Source: an uncultured Blautia sp. (GTDB lineage Bacteria; Bacillota; Clostridia; Lachnospirales; Lachnospiraceae). Taken from it: 64,000 bases of DNA. The translations under genes were made by a program, and so were the position numbers. Where the stretch lies: NCBI GenBank assembly GCA_900539145.1, contig UQAX01000009.1:8035-72034 (forward strand), given 5' to 3'. Below the pieces are notes generated by a model, which was given only the letters and a program-made list of their open reading frames with translations, did not search any database and was not told where the DNA came from. Positions 10,701 to 19,769 of this stretch are shown piece after piece (within the stretch, counting starts at the first letter, position 1; the number at the start of each line of letters is the position of its first letter).

Positions 10701-12199
10701 CTCTGGTCAAAGAAGGATTTGACATTCCTTTTGAAACCTTCCTTGGGTTTAAAGGGGATAAAGAGCCTGATATTGACTTGAACTTTTCCGGTGATTATCA
10801 GGGAAAGGCGCACCGCTATGTAGAGGTTATTTTCGGTGCAGGACAGACGTTTAAGGCGGGAACCATCGGTACTCTGGCAGAGAAAACAGCTTTTGGCTAT
10901 GTAAAGAACTATTATGAAGAACGTGGTCAGAGAAAGCGTTATTGCGAAATCAACAGAATTGTGCAGGGCTGTACAGGGGTAAGACGTACCACAGGACAGC
11001 ATCCGGGAGGAATTATTGTACTTCCTATCGGTTGGGATATTGAGGAATTTACGCCGGTTCAGCACCCGGCAAATGATATGAACAGCGATATTATTACTAC
11101 GCATTTTGATTATCACTCCATTGACTCCAACCTTTTGAAACTGGATATTCTGGGGCACGATGATCCTACCATGATTCGTATGCTGGAAGACCTTACCGGT
11201 ATCAACGCCAGAGAAATTCCGTTGGACTCAAAAGAGGTTATGTCCTTATTTAAAAATACAGATGCACTGGGAATTACACCGGATGATATTCGAGGCTGTC
11301 CTTTGGGCTGTCTTGGCATTCCGGAGTTTGGTACAGATTTTGCCATGCAGATGTTAATTGATGCCAATCCCACTTCTTTTTCTGACTTGGTTCGTATTTC
11401 CGGTCTGTCTCACGGAACAGACGTGTGGCTGGGAAACGCACAGGATTTGATTAAGTCCGGAACGGCGACCATTACCACCTGTATCTGTACACGAGACGAT
11501 ATTATGATTTATCTGATTAACAAAGGCTTGGAACACGGACAGGCATTTACCATTATGGAGAGCGTGCGAAAGGGTAAGGGATTAAAGCCGGAATGGATTG
11601 AAGAAATGAAAAAACATGATGTTCCGGACTGGTATATTGAGTCCTGTAAAAAGATTAAATACATGTTCCCGAAAGCCCATGCGGCAGCGTATGTTATGAT
11701 GGGCTGGCGAATTGCTTACTGCAAAATTTTTCATCCGCTGGCATATTATGCAGCTTATTTCAGTATTCGTGCAACGGCGTTTTCTTATGAGCTTATGTGT
11801 CAGGGAAAAGAAAAGCTGGAATATTTTATGGACGATTATGAGAAGCGAAAGGATACATTGAGCAAAAAAGAGCAGGATACTTACAAAGATATGCGAATTG
11901 TGCAGGAGATGTATGCCAGAGGCTTTGACTTTGTTCCCATTGATATTTATAAGGCAAATGCACATACATTCCAGATTATAGACGGAAAGCTGATGCCTGC
12001 GTTGGATACCATAGAAGGTCTGGGAGACAGGGCGGCCGATGCCGTGGTGGCGGCGGCAGAGGAAGGAAATTTCCTGTCACTGGACGATTTCAGAAATCGA
12101 ACAAAGGTTACATCCTCTACCATTGATTTGATGAATGATTTGGGATTGTTTGGGAAATTGCCTAAGTCTAATCAGATGTCGTTGTTTGATTATCAATAA
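7736..12199 (+). CDS. polC: DNA polymerase III PolC-type (Gram-positive replicative polymerase with PHP and proofreading exonuclease domains)
   Basis: 1487 aa. It has the exonuclease motifs (YVVFDIETTGF, HNAEFDMSF), the PHP domain (ITDHGVVQAFPE) and a zinc finger (YYCAKCHYADF…CPVCGEPL). The ispG-polC synteny is typical of Firmicutes. Confidence 0.95.
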   Translation: MEKEFLDVFRNLEVGEELRALLKEVAVTKIAVNPQKDRIRIYIRSRQWIHKKYIYTLERAVSQQCFPGVSMEVKVLERFTLSSQYTPQLFFEAYQSSMALELKNYSILVFNMFRNAVITFPQTDTMHILLQSTVLAKSKEDELVQYIEKIFCERCEFSLKVETEYEEIKESKFRKNSDIRIAQEAAHIVEMSSLGKEKEELEEIKEEPKKAPVKQKEKEKAKTEKKEAPAKRGFSDFKRSVKRSDNPDVLYGRDFDDEVIPLENVQTEMGEVCVRGKIMSLEKREIRNEKTIIIFSITDFTDSITVKMFARNDQVEEITEGVKEKAFVKLKGITTIDRYDSELTIGSVVGIKKIASFENSRSDNYPEKRVELHCHTKMSDMDGVSDAKALIKRAYEWGHKAIAITDHGVVQAFPEANHCFDSWGGVVPPEADFKVIYGVEAYLVDDLKGIVQNSKGQSLHAPYVVFDIETTGFSALKDKIIEIGAVKVENGRITERFSEFVNPQIPIPFRIEELTSINDNMVADAPTIDVILPKFEKFCEGCVMVAHNAEFDMSFIRKNYEDLGIEREDTVVDTVGMARFLLPQLNRFKLDTVAKAVGVSLEHHHRAVDDASCTADIFVKFIQMCEERDIFNLDELNEKGTVSVHSIQKMPTYHAIILAKNDVGRVNLYHLISDSHLIYYHRRPRIPKSLFLKYQEGLLIGSACEAGEIYQAVLNGRPEQEIARLVNFYDYLEIQPLGNNAFMLKNEDRSDITSWEDLQEINKKIVKLGEAFNKPVVGTCDVHFLDPEDEVYRRIIMAGKGFDDADDQAPLYLRTTEEMLKEFSYLGREKAEEIVITNPNKIADMVEKISPIHKGKCPPVIENSDAMLREICYSKAHEIYGENLPEMVEARLERELNSIISNGYAVMYMIAQKLVWKSNSDGYLVGSRGSVGSSFAATMSGITEVNPLSPHYYCAKCHYADFDSEEVRAYSGRAGCDMPDKKCPVCGEPLVKEGFDIPFETFLGFKGDKEPDIDLNFSGDYQGKAHRYVEVIFGAGQTFKAGTIGTLAEKTAFGYVKNYYEERGQRKRYCEINRIVQGCTGVRRTTGQHPGGIIVLPIGWDIEEFTPVQHPANDMNSDIITTHFDYHSIDSNLLKLDILGHDDPTMIRMLEDLTGINAREIPLDSKEVMSLFKNTDALGITPDDIRGCPLGCLGIPEFGTDFAMQMLIDANPTSFSDLVRISGLSHGTDVWLGNAQDLIKSGTATITTCICTRDDIMIYLINKGLEHGQAFTIMESVRKGKGLKPEWIEEMKKHDVPDWYIESCKKIKYMFPKAHAAAYVMMGWRIAYCKIFHPLAYYAAYFSIRATAFSYELMCQGKEKLEYFMDDYEKRKDTLSKKEQDTYKDMRIVQEMYARGFDFVPIDIYKANAHTFQIIDGKLMPALDTIEGLGDRAADAVVAAAEEGNFLSLDDFRNRTKVTSSTIDLMNDLGLFGKLPKSNQMSLFDYQ

Positions 12200-12207
12200 G
12201 TAAAATA

Positions 12208-12369
12208 CAGCATTCCACTGATAAATGCGGATATTTTCTTGTTTTTCTGCGCCGCTTATGGATAGTTTGTACGCCAAACTCGTGCTTACGCACTCAAACA
12301 CGGCTTCCAAACTATCACTATGCTCGAAAAACTGCGAAAATATTCCGATTATTTCTCAGTGGAATGCTG
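12208..12369. repeat. about 160-bp imperfect palindromic element, probably a rho-independent terminator of polC and a divergent member of the intergenic repeat family
   Basis: It has an outer 14-bp inverted repeat (cagcattccactga … tcagtggaatgctg) with inner symmetry (gcggatattttc…gaaaatattccg) and a T-rich run after it. It shares TGCTCGAAAAA and ttttNtgcgc segments with the elements at 13875 and 52746. Confidence 0.5.
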
Positions 12370-12508
12370 TTTTGTATTTAATTAAAAAGGCTGTTACATT
12401 GGCAATATTAGGAGTTTTTCTCCTGTTTTTGATGTAGCAACTTATTTTTAAATACGAAAATATAATAATAATTTGAAATAAAGAAAACTACTCTATTAAC
12501 CAAAACCA

Positions 12509-12558
12509 GAATATGGATACATTTTATTAGATTTGTCAGATAAAATGTATCCATATTC
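12509..12558 (-). terminator. terminator hairpin of the MFS transporter gene (perfect 19-bp stem)
   Basis: gaatatggatacattttat [12-nt loop] ataaaatgtatccatattc is a perfect inverted repeat sitting just past the MFS stop codon on the minus strand. Confidence 0.6.
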
Positions 12559-12574
12559 TCGCTATAAGCAAATA

Positions 12575-13828
12575 TTACATTGTTTTTTCATAAAGACTGA
12601 AATAAACATTCTTGTCCAGTCTTAAATAAATACTATATAAAATCATCAAAAATAAACCGATTACCGCTATAATTATCCATACAGTACGGAACGGATAATA
12701 GTCGATCAGTGTTCCTATTACATAGTTACTTAAAACTCCGATTAATCCGGCGAAGCTGTTGGTAATACTTAATACTCTGCCACGATGTGTGTCCGGTATT
12801 CTCTTTGTAAGGTAAGGTGTTTTTGATATAGAGCCGAATATTTCGCCTATGGTAAAGAGTATCATCCCCACAATCGCAATGATAAAATAATGATTTAAAA
12901 AGATAAAAAAGGCAAGTCCCAATGACTCTAATAGCTGTCCAAAATACATAATTCGGATATCGATTACTCCGGAAAGCTTTTGGGTGAATATCGGCGTGCC
13001 TATTACCACAACAACGGCATTGATGCTTGTTAAAATTCCAAATTTAAAAGCTCCTGAACCACGAAAGACTTCCTCCAGATGTAAAGGCATCAAAAAGCTA
13101 AATTGATTATAAATCAGCGCAGCTATACCGGAAATAACAAATAGCAGAAAAAATAATTTTCGTTCAGAAAAAACCTTGAATATTGAGCCGGTTTCACCTT
13201 TCTCATATTCGTTCATTGTTTTAGTATCCTGATTATTAGCTTTTACATTCTTAATAAAAACCAATAGCAGCAACGTACTGCTTATATCTGCCAGACCGTT
13301 AATGAAAAAAGACAGGCTGAGATAATTATTAAATAAAATGCCGCCGATAGTCGGAGCTAAAACCAGTCCTAAATTCATCGAAAGATAATTCAGGGAATAG
13401 GCTCTTTCTCTATCCTTGTAGGTTGTCAAGTCAGCAATCAGGGCATCATAAGCCGGCTGTTCCATTGCCTGAAATAAAGAAGCAATCGCTAATAAATACA
13501 GTGTTGTCATGGACATTGGCAATACAGCGCAAACGAAATAGAGGCTGTTTCCGATTAAGTCAAAGGTAACGATGATATGCTTTTTATTATATTTGTCAGC
13601 CATCTTACCTCCCAGCAAGTAAAACGGTCCCATAAACATAGAAAACATCATCATATACAGACCAATCGTCTGTCCGTTCAGTCCCAGTTTTTCACTCATT
13701 ATCAAGGTAAGCATGGGCCATATTAAAGCCCCCATACTTGTCATGATTTTACCAAAAGCCAACACATAGATTTCTCTTGGCAAATGGCTGTACATTGAGA
13801 AATGTTTTTTTAGAAATCCCATAGGCAT
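12575..13828 (-). CDS. MFS transporter
   Basis: 417 aa with about 12 predicted transmembrane helices and typical MFS loop motifs (GKMADKYNKK, interhelical R/K). The precise start is uncertain between 13828 and 13822. Confidence 0.7.
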   Translation of the reverse strand: MPMGFLKKHFSMYSHLPREIYVLAFGKIMTSMGALIWPMLTLIMSEKLGLNGQTIGLYMMMFSMFMGPFYLLGGKMADKYNKKHIIVTFDLIGNSLYFVCAVLPMSMTTLYLLAIASLFQAMEQPAYDALIADLTTYKDRERAYSLNYLSMNLGLVLAPTIGGILFNNYLSLSFFINGLADISSTLLLLVFIKNVKANNQDTKTMNEYEKGETGSIFKVFSERKLFFLLFVISGIAALIYNQFSFLMPLHLEEVFRGSGAFKFGILTSINAVVVVIGTPIFTQKLSGVIDIRIMYFGQLLESLGLAFFIFLNHYFIIAIVGMILFTIGEIFGSISKTPYLTKRIPDTHRGRVLSITNSFAGLIGVLSNYVIGTLIDYYPFRTVWIIIAVIGLFLMILYSIYLRLDKNVYFSLYEKTM

Positions 13829-13874
13829 TATTTCCTTTACGTTCTGACAATATTTGCAAGTATCCTATAAAAAA

Positions 13875-14020
13875 GAGTTGTCGCATTAAGTGCATCTCAA
13901 GAATATCTATACATTTTGCGCTCAGTCTGCGCTTGCTTTGAGCTTGTAATCTCAAAGCGTGCTCGAAAAATTCGCCAAAAGTGTATAAATATTTCTCCAA
14001 AATACTTAATGTGACAACTC
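13875..14020. repeat. nested palindromic intergenic repeat: an outer stem GAGTTGTCGCATTAAGT/ACTTAATGTGACAACTC enclosing a roughly 100-bp inverted-repeat-bounded insert; it also acts as the purC terminator on the minus strand
   Basis: The outer 17-bp inverted repeat is at 13875-13891 and 14004-14020. The inner element is bounded by ATCTATACATTTT … AAAGTGTATAAAT inverted repeats and has the core GCGCTCAGTCTGCGCTTGCTTTGAGCTTGTAATCTCAAAGCGTGCTCGAAAAATTCGCC. That core is about 90% identical, in reverse orientation, to the element at 52769-52864. A T-run follows the hairpin on the minus strand. Confidence 0.7.
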
Positions 14021-14033
14021 CGATTATAAAAAA

Positions 14034-14903
14034 TTAGAATTTCTCTCCTGAGAGTAATTCGTAAGCTTCTACATATTTTTCAACTGTTTTGTTGATTACT
14101 TCTTCCGGCAGAAGGAAGTCGCTTTCCGGATTAGCTTTCAGCCAGTCACGAACGTACTGTTTGTCAAAGGATGGCTGTCCCTGTCCAGGTTTGTAGCCTT
14201 CTAACGGCCAAAATCTGGAGCTGTCCGGTGTAAGCATTTCATCACCCAGAACCACGTCTCCGTTTTCATCTAAACCAAATTCAAATTTTGTATCTGCAAT
14301 AATAATGTTTTTTGTAAGTGCGTATTCTGCACATTTTTTATACAGTGCGATTGTGTAATCACGGATTTTTTCTGCGTATTCCTGTCCACGTCCCGGATAT
14401 AATTTCTCTAAAGTTTCAACAGTATCTTCAAAGGAAACATGTTCATCGTGGTCGCCGATTTCCGCTTTTGTAGTTGGTGTGTAAATCGGTTCAGGCAGTT
14501 TATCGGACTCCTGTAATCCCTCCGGAAGCTTAATGCCGCATACAGTACCGTTTTTCTGGTAGCTTTCCCAGCCGCTTCCTGTAATATATCCACGCACGAT
14601 GCACTCAACAGGGAGCATTTCCAGTTTTTGGCAAAGCATGGTATGTCCTTCGAATTCCGGCTGCTGGAAGAACTCCGGCATATCCTTTACATTTGTAGAA
14701 ATCATGTGGTTTGGAACAATATCCTTTGTAAAATCAAACCAGAATTTTGACATCTTTGTAAGGACAACACCTTTATTTGTAACTGTGTTTTTGAGAATGT
14801 AGTCAAATGCGGAAATTCTGTCTGTTGCATAAATAACTAATTCCTCTCCAATGTCATAAACCTGACGTACTTTTCCTTCTTTAAATGGTTTGTACTCCTG
14901 CAT
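14034..14903 (-). CDS. purC: phosphoribosylaminoimidazole-succinocarboxamide synthase (SAICAR synthetase)
   Basis: 289 aa long-form PurC (…VYDIGEELVIYATDRISAFD…LIADTKFEFG…). AAAGGTGA ribosome-binding site. Confidence 0.9.
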   Translation of the reverse strand: MQEYKPFKEGKVRQVYDIGEELVIYATDRISAFDYILKNTVTNKGVVLTKMSKFWFDFTKDIVPNHMISTNVKDMPEFFQQPEFEGHTMLCQKLEMLPVECIVRGYITGSGWESYQKNGTVCGIKLPEGLQESDKLPEPIYTPTTKAEIGDHDEHVSFEDTVETLEKLYPGRGQEYAEKIRDYTIALYKKCAEYALTKNIIIADTKFEFGLDENGDVVLGDEMLTPDSSRFWPLEGYKPGQGQPSFDKQYVRDWLKANPESDFLLPEEVINKTVEKYVEAYELLSGEKF

Positions 14904-15006
14904 GTGTTTTCACCTTTCCTCTTATATAATTATAGTTTGAAACGCTTTTATTGTAACAAATTTTTGGAAAAAAGAAATAGTATTTCCAAAAAAAGTATAA
15001 AATCTT

Positions 15007-16110
15007 TTAAACTTCGCCAAGAACTTCAGAAAGAGCTTGCAAAAGTTCATTGTTTTTTTCGGGACTCATCATACAGAAACGGATGAAGGAATTGTCCAGA
15101 AACGGGAAAGTGGAGCAGTCACGTATCATAAGTCCTCTGCGGATGCAGTAATCAAAAACCTGCTCGGAGGTAACGTCTTCCTTTAAAATTTTTACCAGAA
15201 GGAAGTTGGAGCAGGAAGGATATACCTTTACACCTTTCCATGAGGATAAGATTTTGAAAAGTCGTTCCCTTTCTCCGGAAATCAAAGCTCTTGTTTTGTC
15301 AATGTACTCTTTATCAGAAAACATGATACAGCCGGCAATCTCTGCCAAACTGTTGATGGTCCACGGATTTTTCTTTGTGTTGATATATTTTAAAAGGTCC
15401 GGATTTCCTGTTACCGCATAGCCCAGACGCAGACCGGGAGCTGCAAAAAATTTAGAAATTCCCCGCAGGACAATGAGATTATTATAATTGTTGGTAAGAG
15501 GAATGGAAGAAATTTTACTGTCCAAAGGGGCAAATTCCTCGTAAGTTTCATCTACCATAACACAAGTTCCGTATTGCATACAGGTGTCTAAGATTTTTCG
15601 CATATCCTTTCTGGTAATAGCGGTGGAGGTAGGATTATTAGGGTTACAAAGTACCAGTAAATCAATGCTGTCGTTTAAGTGTGAACAAAAATCAGAAATA
15701 TTGATTTGGAAATTATCTTCTTCCAGCAGAGGATAGTAAAGCGTTTGTCCGCCTTTTAATGCAATTTCACGCTCGTATTCCGAATAAGTAGGGCCTAAAA
15801 TCAAAGCTTTTTTGGGATTTGTGGTCTGAATAAACAGAGAAATCAGTTCCGTAGAGCCGTTTCCTACAATAATATTTTCAAACTGAGCCCCCGTATAATC
15901 ACAGATGCTTTTGCGAAGCTTTGTGTAGTCACGGTCAGGGTAATTGGTAATGGCATCAATGTGAGTAGAGAGGGTGTCTCTTAACAAAGGAGAGATGCCA
16001 AGGGGATTTACATTGGCGGAAAAACTGGTGATATCCTCTTTTTTTATATGATAGATTTCTTCGATTTTTTCTAAATCGCTTCCGTGGAAGTGGTCTTTAT
16101 GTTTCAGCAT
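15007..16110 (-). CDS. pyridoxal-phosphate-dependent aminotransferase, HisC/CobD family (histidinol-phosphate aminotransferase or threonine-phosphate decarboxylase-like)
   Basis: 367 aa class I/II aminotransferase fold with the PLP lysine context (…LRGISKFFAAPGLRLGY…). AAGGGAGG ribosome-binding site. The exact substrate cannot be told from sequence. Confidence 0.7.
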   Translation of the reverse strand: MLKHKDHFHGSDLEKIEEIYHIKKEDITSFSANVNPLGISPLLRDTLSTHIDAITNYPDRDYTKLRKSICDYTGAQFENIIVGNGSTELISLFIQTTNPKKALILGPTYSEYEREIALKGGQTLYYPLLEEDNFQINISDFCSHLNDSIDLLVLCNPNNPTSTAITRKDMRKILDTCMQYGTCVMVDETYEEFAPLDSKISSIPLTNNYNNLIVLRGISKFFAAPGLRLGYAVTGNPDLLKYINTKKNPWTINSLAEIAGCIMFSDKEYIDKTRALISGERERLFKILSSWKGVKVYPSCSNFLLVKILKEDVTSEQVFDYCIRRGLMIRDCSTFPFLDNSFIRFCMMSPEKNNELLQALSEVLGEV

Positions 16111-16226
16111 GAAATAGCCTCCCTTTTTGTATTAAAGTTGCACAGCAATCCATTGTAGTGTATAATCCATAGTAGCAGAATATTGTTAATTGTTCAATAA
16201 AAAGAAGACGGAGTAAAGGTGATATT

Positions 16227-19200
16227 TTGAAAACACGAATGGACCAACTGATAAACGGAAGATTTGAATACGATGTACCGGGGCTTATTTTATCAACAGA
16301 AAAAATTGTATTAAAGACAATGCCGGAAGAAAAGCTCAGGGGCGAATTAGAATTTGCAGCAGAAGACAGACGAAAAATAAAAGGAATGGCATATTCTACA
16401 CATAGACGGTTTCTTTTAGGAAAAGAAAAATTTGCAGGAGACAAAATTATTCTGCCTTACGGAATAGATGCCAAGGGGCTGAAAAGTGAAGATAAAATAG
16501 AAGGAGAGATTGTGTTAAGCACCAGTATAGGAGAATACAGGGTGCCTTTTTCTATTGAAATAAGGAAAACGCAGGTGCGGACTTCTCAGAGAGCAGTAGG
16601 AACGCTGGAAGAGTTTGTTGCTCTTGCAAAGGAGGATTTCAGAGAGGCGTATCAGCTTTTTGTGGAGAAATCCTTTCCACAGCTTTTAAAGGGAAGAGAG
16701 GAATTGCTGCCTTATTATGAAGCAATGGTGAAAATGCCTGCTCCTTATCAGAATTTGGAAGAATTTTTAATTAAAGCGGGCTTGAAAAAACCGGTTTCTT
16801 TAAGTCTTGAAAAGGAAAAGCTGGAACTTTATGAGGTACAGAGCTCTTTAAAAGATACCCTGCGGATAAGACGCAGCGGATGGGGATTTTTAAGAGCGGA
16901 AATCACTGTATCGGGAGATTTTCTGGAAGTGGAAAAGCAGGTTATCCATGACGGACACTTTATCGGCAGCGTATATGATTTAGAGTATATTATCCGTAAG
17001 GAATGTCTGGGAAAAGGAAAGAACTTTGGAAGAATTTCCATTAAAACCGTATACGAAACCATTACTTATGAAATTATGGTGTCGAAAAACAATCGAATAC
17101 AGGTGGACGTAACCGCTTATGAGAAAAGAAAAAAGCTGGAAGCGGCAAAAGCTCTGTTAGAACTTCAGCTGGGAAAGGTGACTGCTTCAGAATGGTGCGA
17201 GAATACAAAGGCTCTTTTAGATGAATTAAAAGAAAACGGTTATTATTCTACGGAATGTCAGCTTTTTGAAGCTTATATGTGGGTTTTAAGCGGGAGAGAA
17301 GATGAAGCAAGACGACTACTGGACTCTTTGGAAAACAATCAGAGAGTGAAGGACGAAGAAATTTTAGAAGGGGCATTTTTGTACCTTGACGAAATTTCCC
17401 ACAGAAGCACACAGTTGAAAGAAAAGACAGCAGTGCGTCTGCATCAGCTGTACCAAAGACGTGTGGACAGCTGTCTGTTATTATACATGATTTTTGAGAT
17501 GGATGAAGAAGTTCTGAGAACCCAGTCCAGAAAGATGTTCTTTTTAGAGGAACAGTATCGAACAGGCTCAAGAAGTCCGTTTTTATATCTTATGGCGTGT
17601 AAATTGGGCGCAGAGGACGGCTCTGTTTTCCGAAAAATGAATCATTTTACTGTGCAGGTTTATCGCTTTGCACAGAAATACGGAATGCTTACAGAAGAAA
17701 TGGCATTTCGTGCAGTGGATTTAGCAGGACAGTTGAAGCGTTTTTCAAAACCGGTGTATGAAATTTTAACTTATATTTATGAGAAGTATCCTTCAGCGTT
17801 GGTCATCAAAGGCATTTGCCAGTTTGTGATGAAAGGCGAACCGAGAAAACTGGAATATTTTAAATGGTATGATTTGGCAGTGCGTGCAGAACTGAAAATC
17901 ACAGGCTTGTACGAATATTATATTGAAACCATGAGCAGGAATTACCAGAAGGTACTGCCAAAGGTCATCCGTCTGTATTTCGGCTACAATAATACATTAA
18001 GCGACCAGAGAAGAGCATTTATTTACAGCAATATTATTCGAAATAAAGAAACGGACAAGGAAACCTATCAGGCATACAAACAAAATATGGAAGCTTTTGC
18101 CTGCGATAAGATTAAAGAAGGCAGAATGAATGAAGATTTTGCAGTGGTTTATCAGGAGTTTTGTGTAAATTCCGAAGATGAAAATGTGCGTGCAGCGCTG
18201 GCAAAGGTATTGTTTACTTACAGGCTTTACTGTGACGACCCGAAAATCTGCAAGGTCATTGTCCGACACACTGCAATGAAGGAAGAACAGGTGTACCTGT
18301 GCACCGACAGAACAGCCTATATCTCTCTTTATACACAGGATGCGGCAATCTTATTTGAGGACAGCAGCAAGCGCAGATATGCAGGGACAGTAGATTATAA
18401 TCTTCACAAGCTTTTAGATATTGAAGAGCTGTCGGGAAAACTGGCAAAGGACGGGCAGAGATATGCAGGGATGCTTTTACACACCTGTGGGGAATTAAAG
18501 CACGAAAATCCTATTACGGAAGAGAATATTTCCAGCTTTGAAGCCGTTTTAAAGCTGGATATCTTTGAGGAGGATTATCGGCAGGAAATCCGTAAGCGTC
18601 TGCTTCTTTATTATGAGTCACAGATGGACAACCGGAATTTAAGGGAGTCCTTGAAGGAGATGGATTTTAAAGCTTTTGCAAAAGTAAACAAAAGCCTGCT
18701 GGTTACGATTTTGGTAAAACAGGATATGTTTGTGGGAGCTTATGATTTAATCTGCGAATACGGATATGAAGATGTGGATATGTCGGTTCTTTTAAGAATG
18801 TGCAGCAGAATGATTTTGAATTTAGAGTTTGAATACGAGGAAGAATTGCTGCTTCTGGCGGGATATATTGTAAAATCCGGTATTTATGATGAAATTCTTT
18901 TAAAATATATGGCGTCACATTTTGAAGGTCCTGTACGGGAGATGATAGAACTGTGGAAGCGTGTCAGAGGCTTTTCTCTGGACTGCTATGCTTTGGAAGA
19001 GAGAATTCTTCGTTACAGTATGTTCACCAGAATTTATTCTGAGCAGGGGCTGGAGGTTCTGAAAGATTATATACAGCAGGGTGGAAATGAGCATGTTATT
19101 TTGGCTTATCTGACTTTTGAGTCTTACGGCTATTTTGTAGGCGGAAAAGAAACAGGGGAAATTCTCTTTGAAGCATTAGAAAATCTCATGAAAAAAGAAT

Positions 19201-19766
19201 GGGAGTGCGATATTATCTGCAGATTGGCTCTTTTAAAGCATGACACAGAGCAAAATAAATGGGATACAAAGAAAAAGCAGAGAGCTCAGAAAATTTTGGA
19301 GGAATGTAGAAGAGAAAGGCTGAAATTTGAATTTTTCCAGAATATGCCAAGGGAGCTTTTGCAGGCATGCCAGATGGAAGATAAAATGTTTGTGGAATGT
19401 AAGGCAGGACCGAGAGCGAAGGTTACGCTTTACTATCAGGTGGAGAGAGAACATGTGATTTCCGAAGAAAAAACAGAGCCTTTAAAAGAACGGTATCAGG
19501 GTATTTATAACAAAGAATTTATCTTGTTTTACGGAGAAAAGCTTTTGTATCGTTTTGTAATCGAGCGAAACGGACAGACACGGGAAATTCCACAGCAGAT
19601 TTTACAGGTAGAGGCTGCGGAAGCATATGGACACAGTAAATATCAGTTGTTAAATCGAATGTTAAAGCTTTTGGAGGAAGGAAAGACAGAAGAGCTTTCA
19701 AAGCTGGAGCAATCTTATTTGAAACAGGAAAGACAGGTGGCACAATTATTTGAATTGCTGGATTAA
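16227..19766 (+). CDS. large uncharacterised protein (1179 aa); I recall proteins of this kind being annotated as DUF5717-like in Lachnospiraceae
   Basis: Long ORF with TTG start 7 nt after AGGTGA. The N-terminal ~120 aa look beta-rich and the remainder is a Tyr/Leu/Glu-rich helical repeat region. There are no Walker, J-domain or other catalytic motifs. It is translationally coupled to the next gene by a 3-nt gap. Confidence 0.6.
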   Translation: MKTRMDQLINGRFEYDVPGLILSTEKIVLKTMPEEKLRGELEFAAEDRRKIKGMAYSTHRRFLLGKEKFAGDKIILPYGIDAKGLKSEDKIEGEIVLSTSIGEYRVPFSIEIRKTQVRTSQRAVGTLEEFVALAKEDFREAYQLFVEKSFPQLLKGREELLPYYEAMVKMPAPYQNLEEFLIKAGLKKPVSLSLEKEKLELYEVQSSLKDTLRIRRSGWGFLRAEITVSGDFLEVEKQVIHDGHFIGSVYDLEYIIRKECLGKGKNFGRISIKTVYETITYEIMVSKNNRIQVDVTAYEKRKKLEAAKALLELQLGKVTASEWCENTKALLDELKENGYYSTECQLFEAYMWVLSGREDEARRLLDSLENNQRVKDEEILEGAFLYLDEISHRSTQLKEKTAVRLHQLYQRRVDSCLLLYMIFEMDEEVLRTQSRKMFFLEEQYRTGSRSPFLYLMACKLGAEDGSVFRKMNHFTVQVYRFAQKYGMLTEEMAFRAVDLAGQLKRFSKPVYEILTYIYEKYPSALVIKGICQFVMKGEPRKLEYFKWYDLAVRAELKITGLYEYYIETMSRNYQKVLPKVIRLYFGYNNTLSDQRRAFIYSNIIRNKETDKETYQAYKQNMEAFACDKIKEGRMNEDFAVVYQEFCVNSEDENVRAALAKVLFTYRLYCDDPKICKVIVRHTAMKEEQVYLCTDRTAYISLYTQDAAILFEDSSKRRYAGTVDYNLHKLLDIEELSGKLAKDGQRYAGMLLHTCGELKHENPITEENISSFEAVLKLDIFEEDYRQEIRKRLLLYYESQMDNRNLRESLKEMDFKAFAKVNKSLLVTILVKQDMFVGAYDLICEYGYEDVDMSVLLRMCSRMILNLEFEYEEELLLLAGYIVKSGIYDEILLKYMASHFEGPVREMIELWKRVRGFSLDCYALEERILRYSMFTRIYSEQGLEVLKDYIQQGGNEHVILAYLTFESYGYFVGGKETGEILFEALENLMKKEWECDIICRLALLKHDTEQNKWDTKKKQRAQKILEECRRERLKFEFFQNMPRELLQACQMEDKMFVECKAGPRAKVTLYYQVEREHVISEEKTEPLKERYQGIYNKEFILFYGEKLLYRFVIERNGQTREIPQQILQVEAAEAYGHSKYQLLNRMLKLLEEGKTEELSKLEQSYLKQERQVAQLFELLD

Positions 19767-19769
19767 GGG

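Noticed and set aside
12225-14000. Small ORFs 12225..12437 (+) and 13749..14000 (-)
   Set aside because: Both are largely composed of the palindromic repeat elements and terminator hairpins and have no ribosome-binding site.
14904-15006. Possible purine riboswitch or PurBox upstream of purC
   Set aside because: The leader between the likely -10 element and the start codon is only about 35 nt, and no purine-aptamer or PurBox-like sequence is visible.
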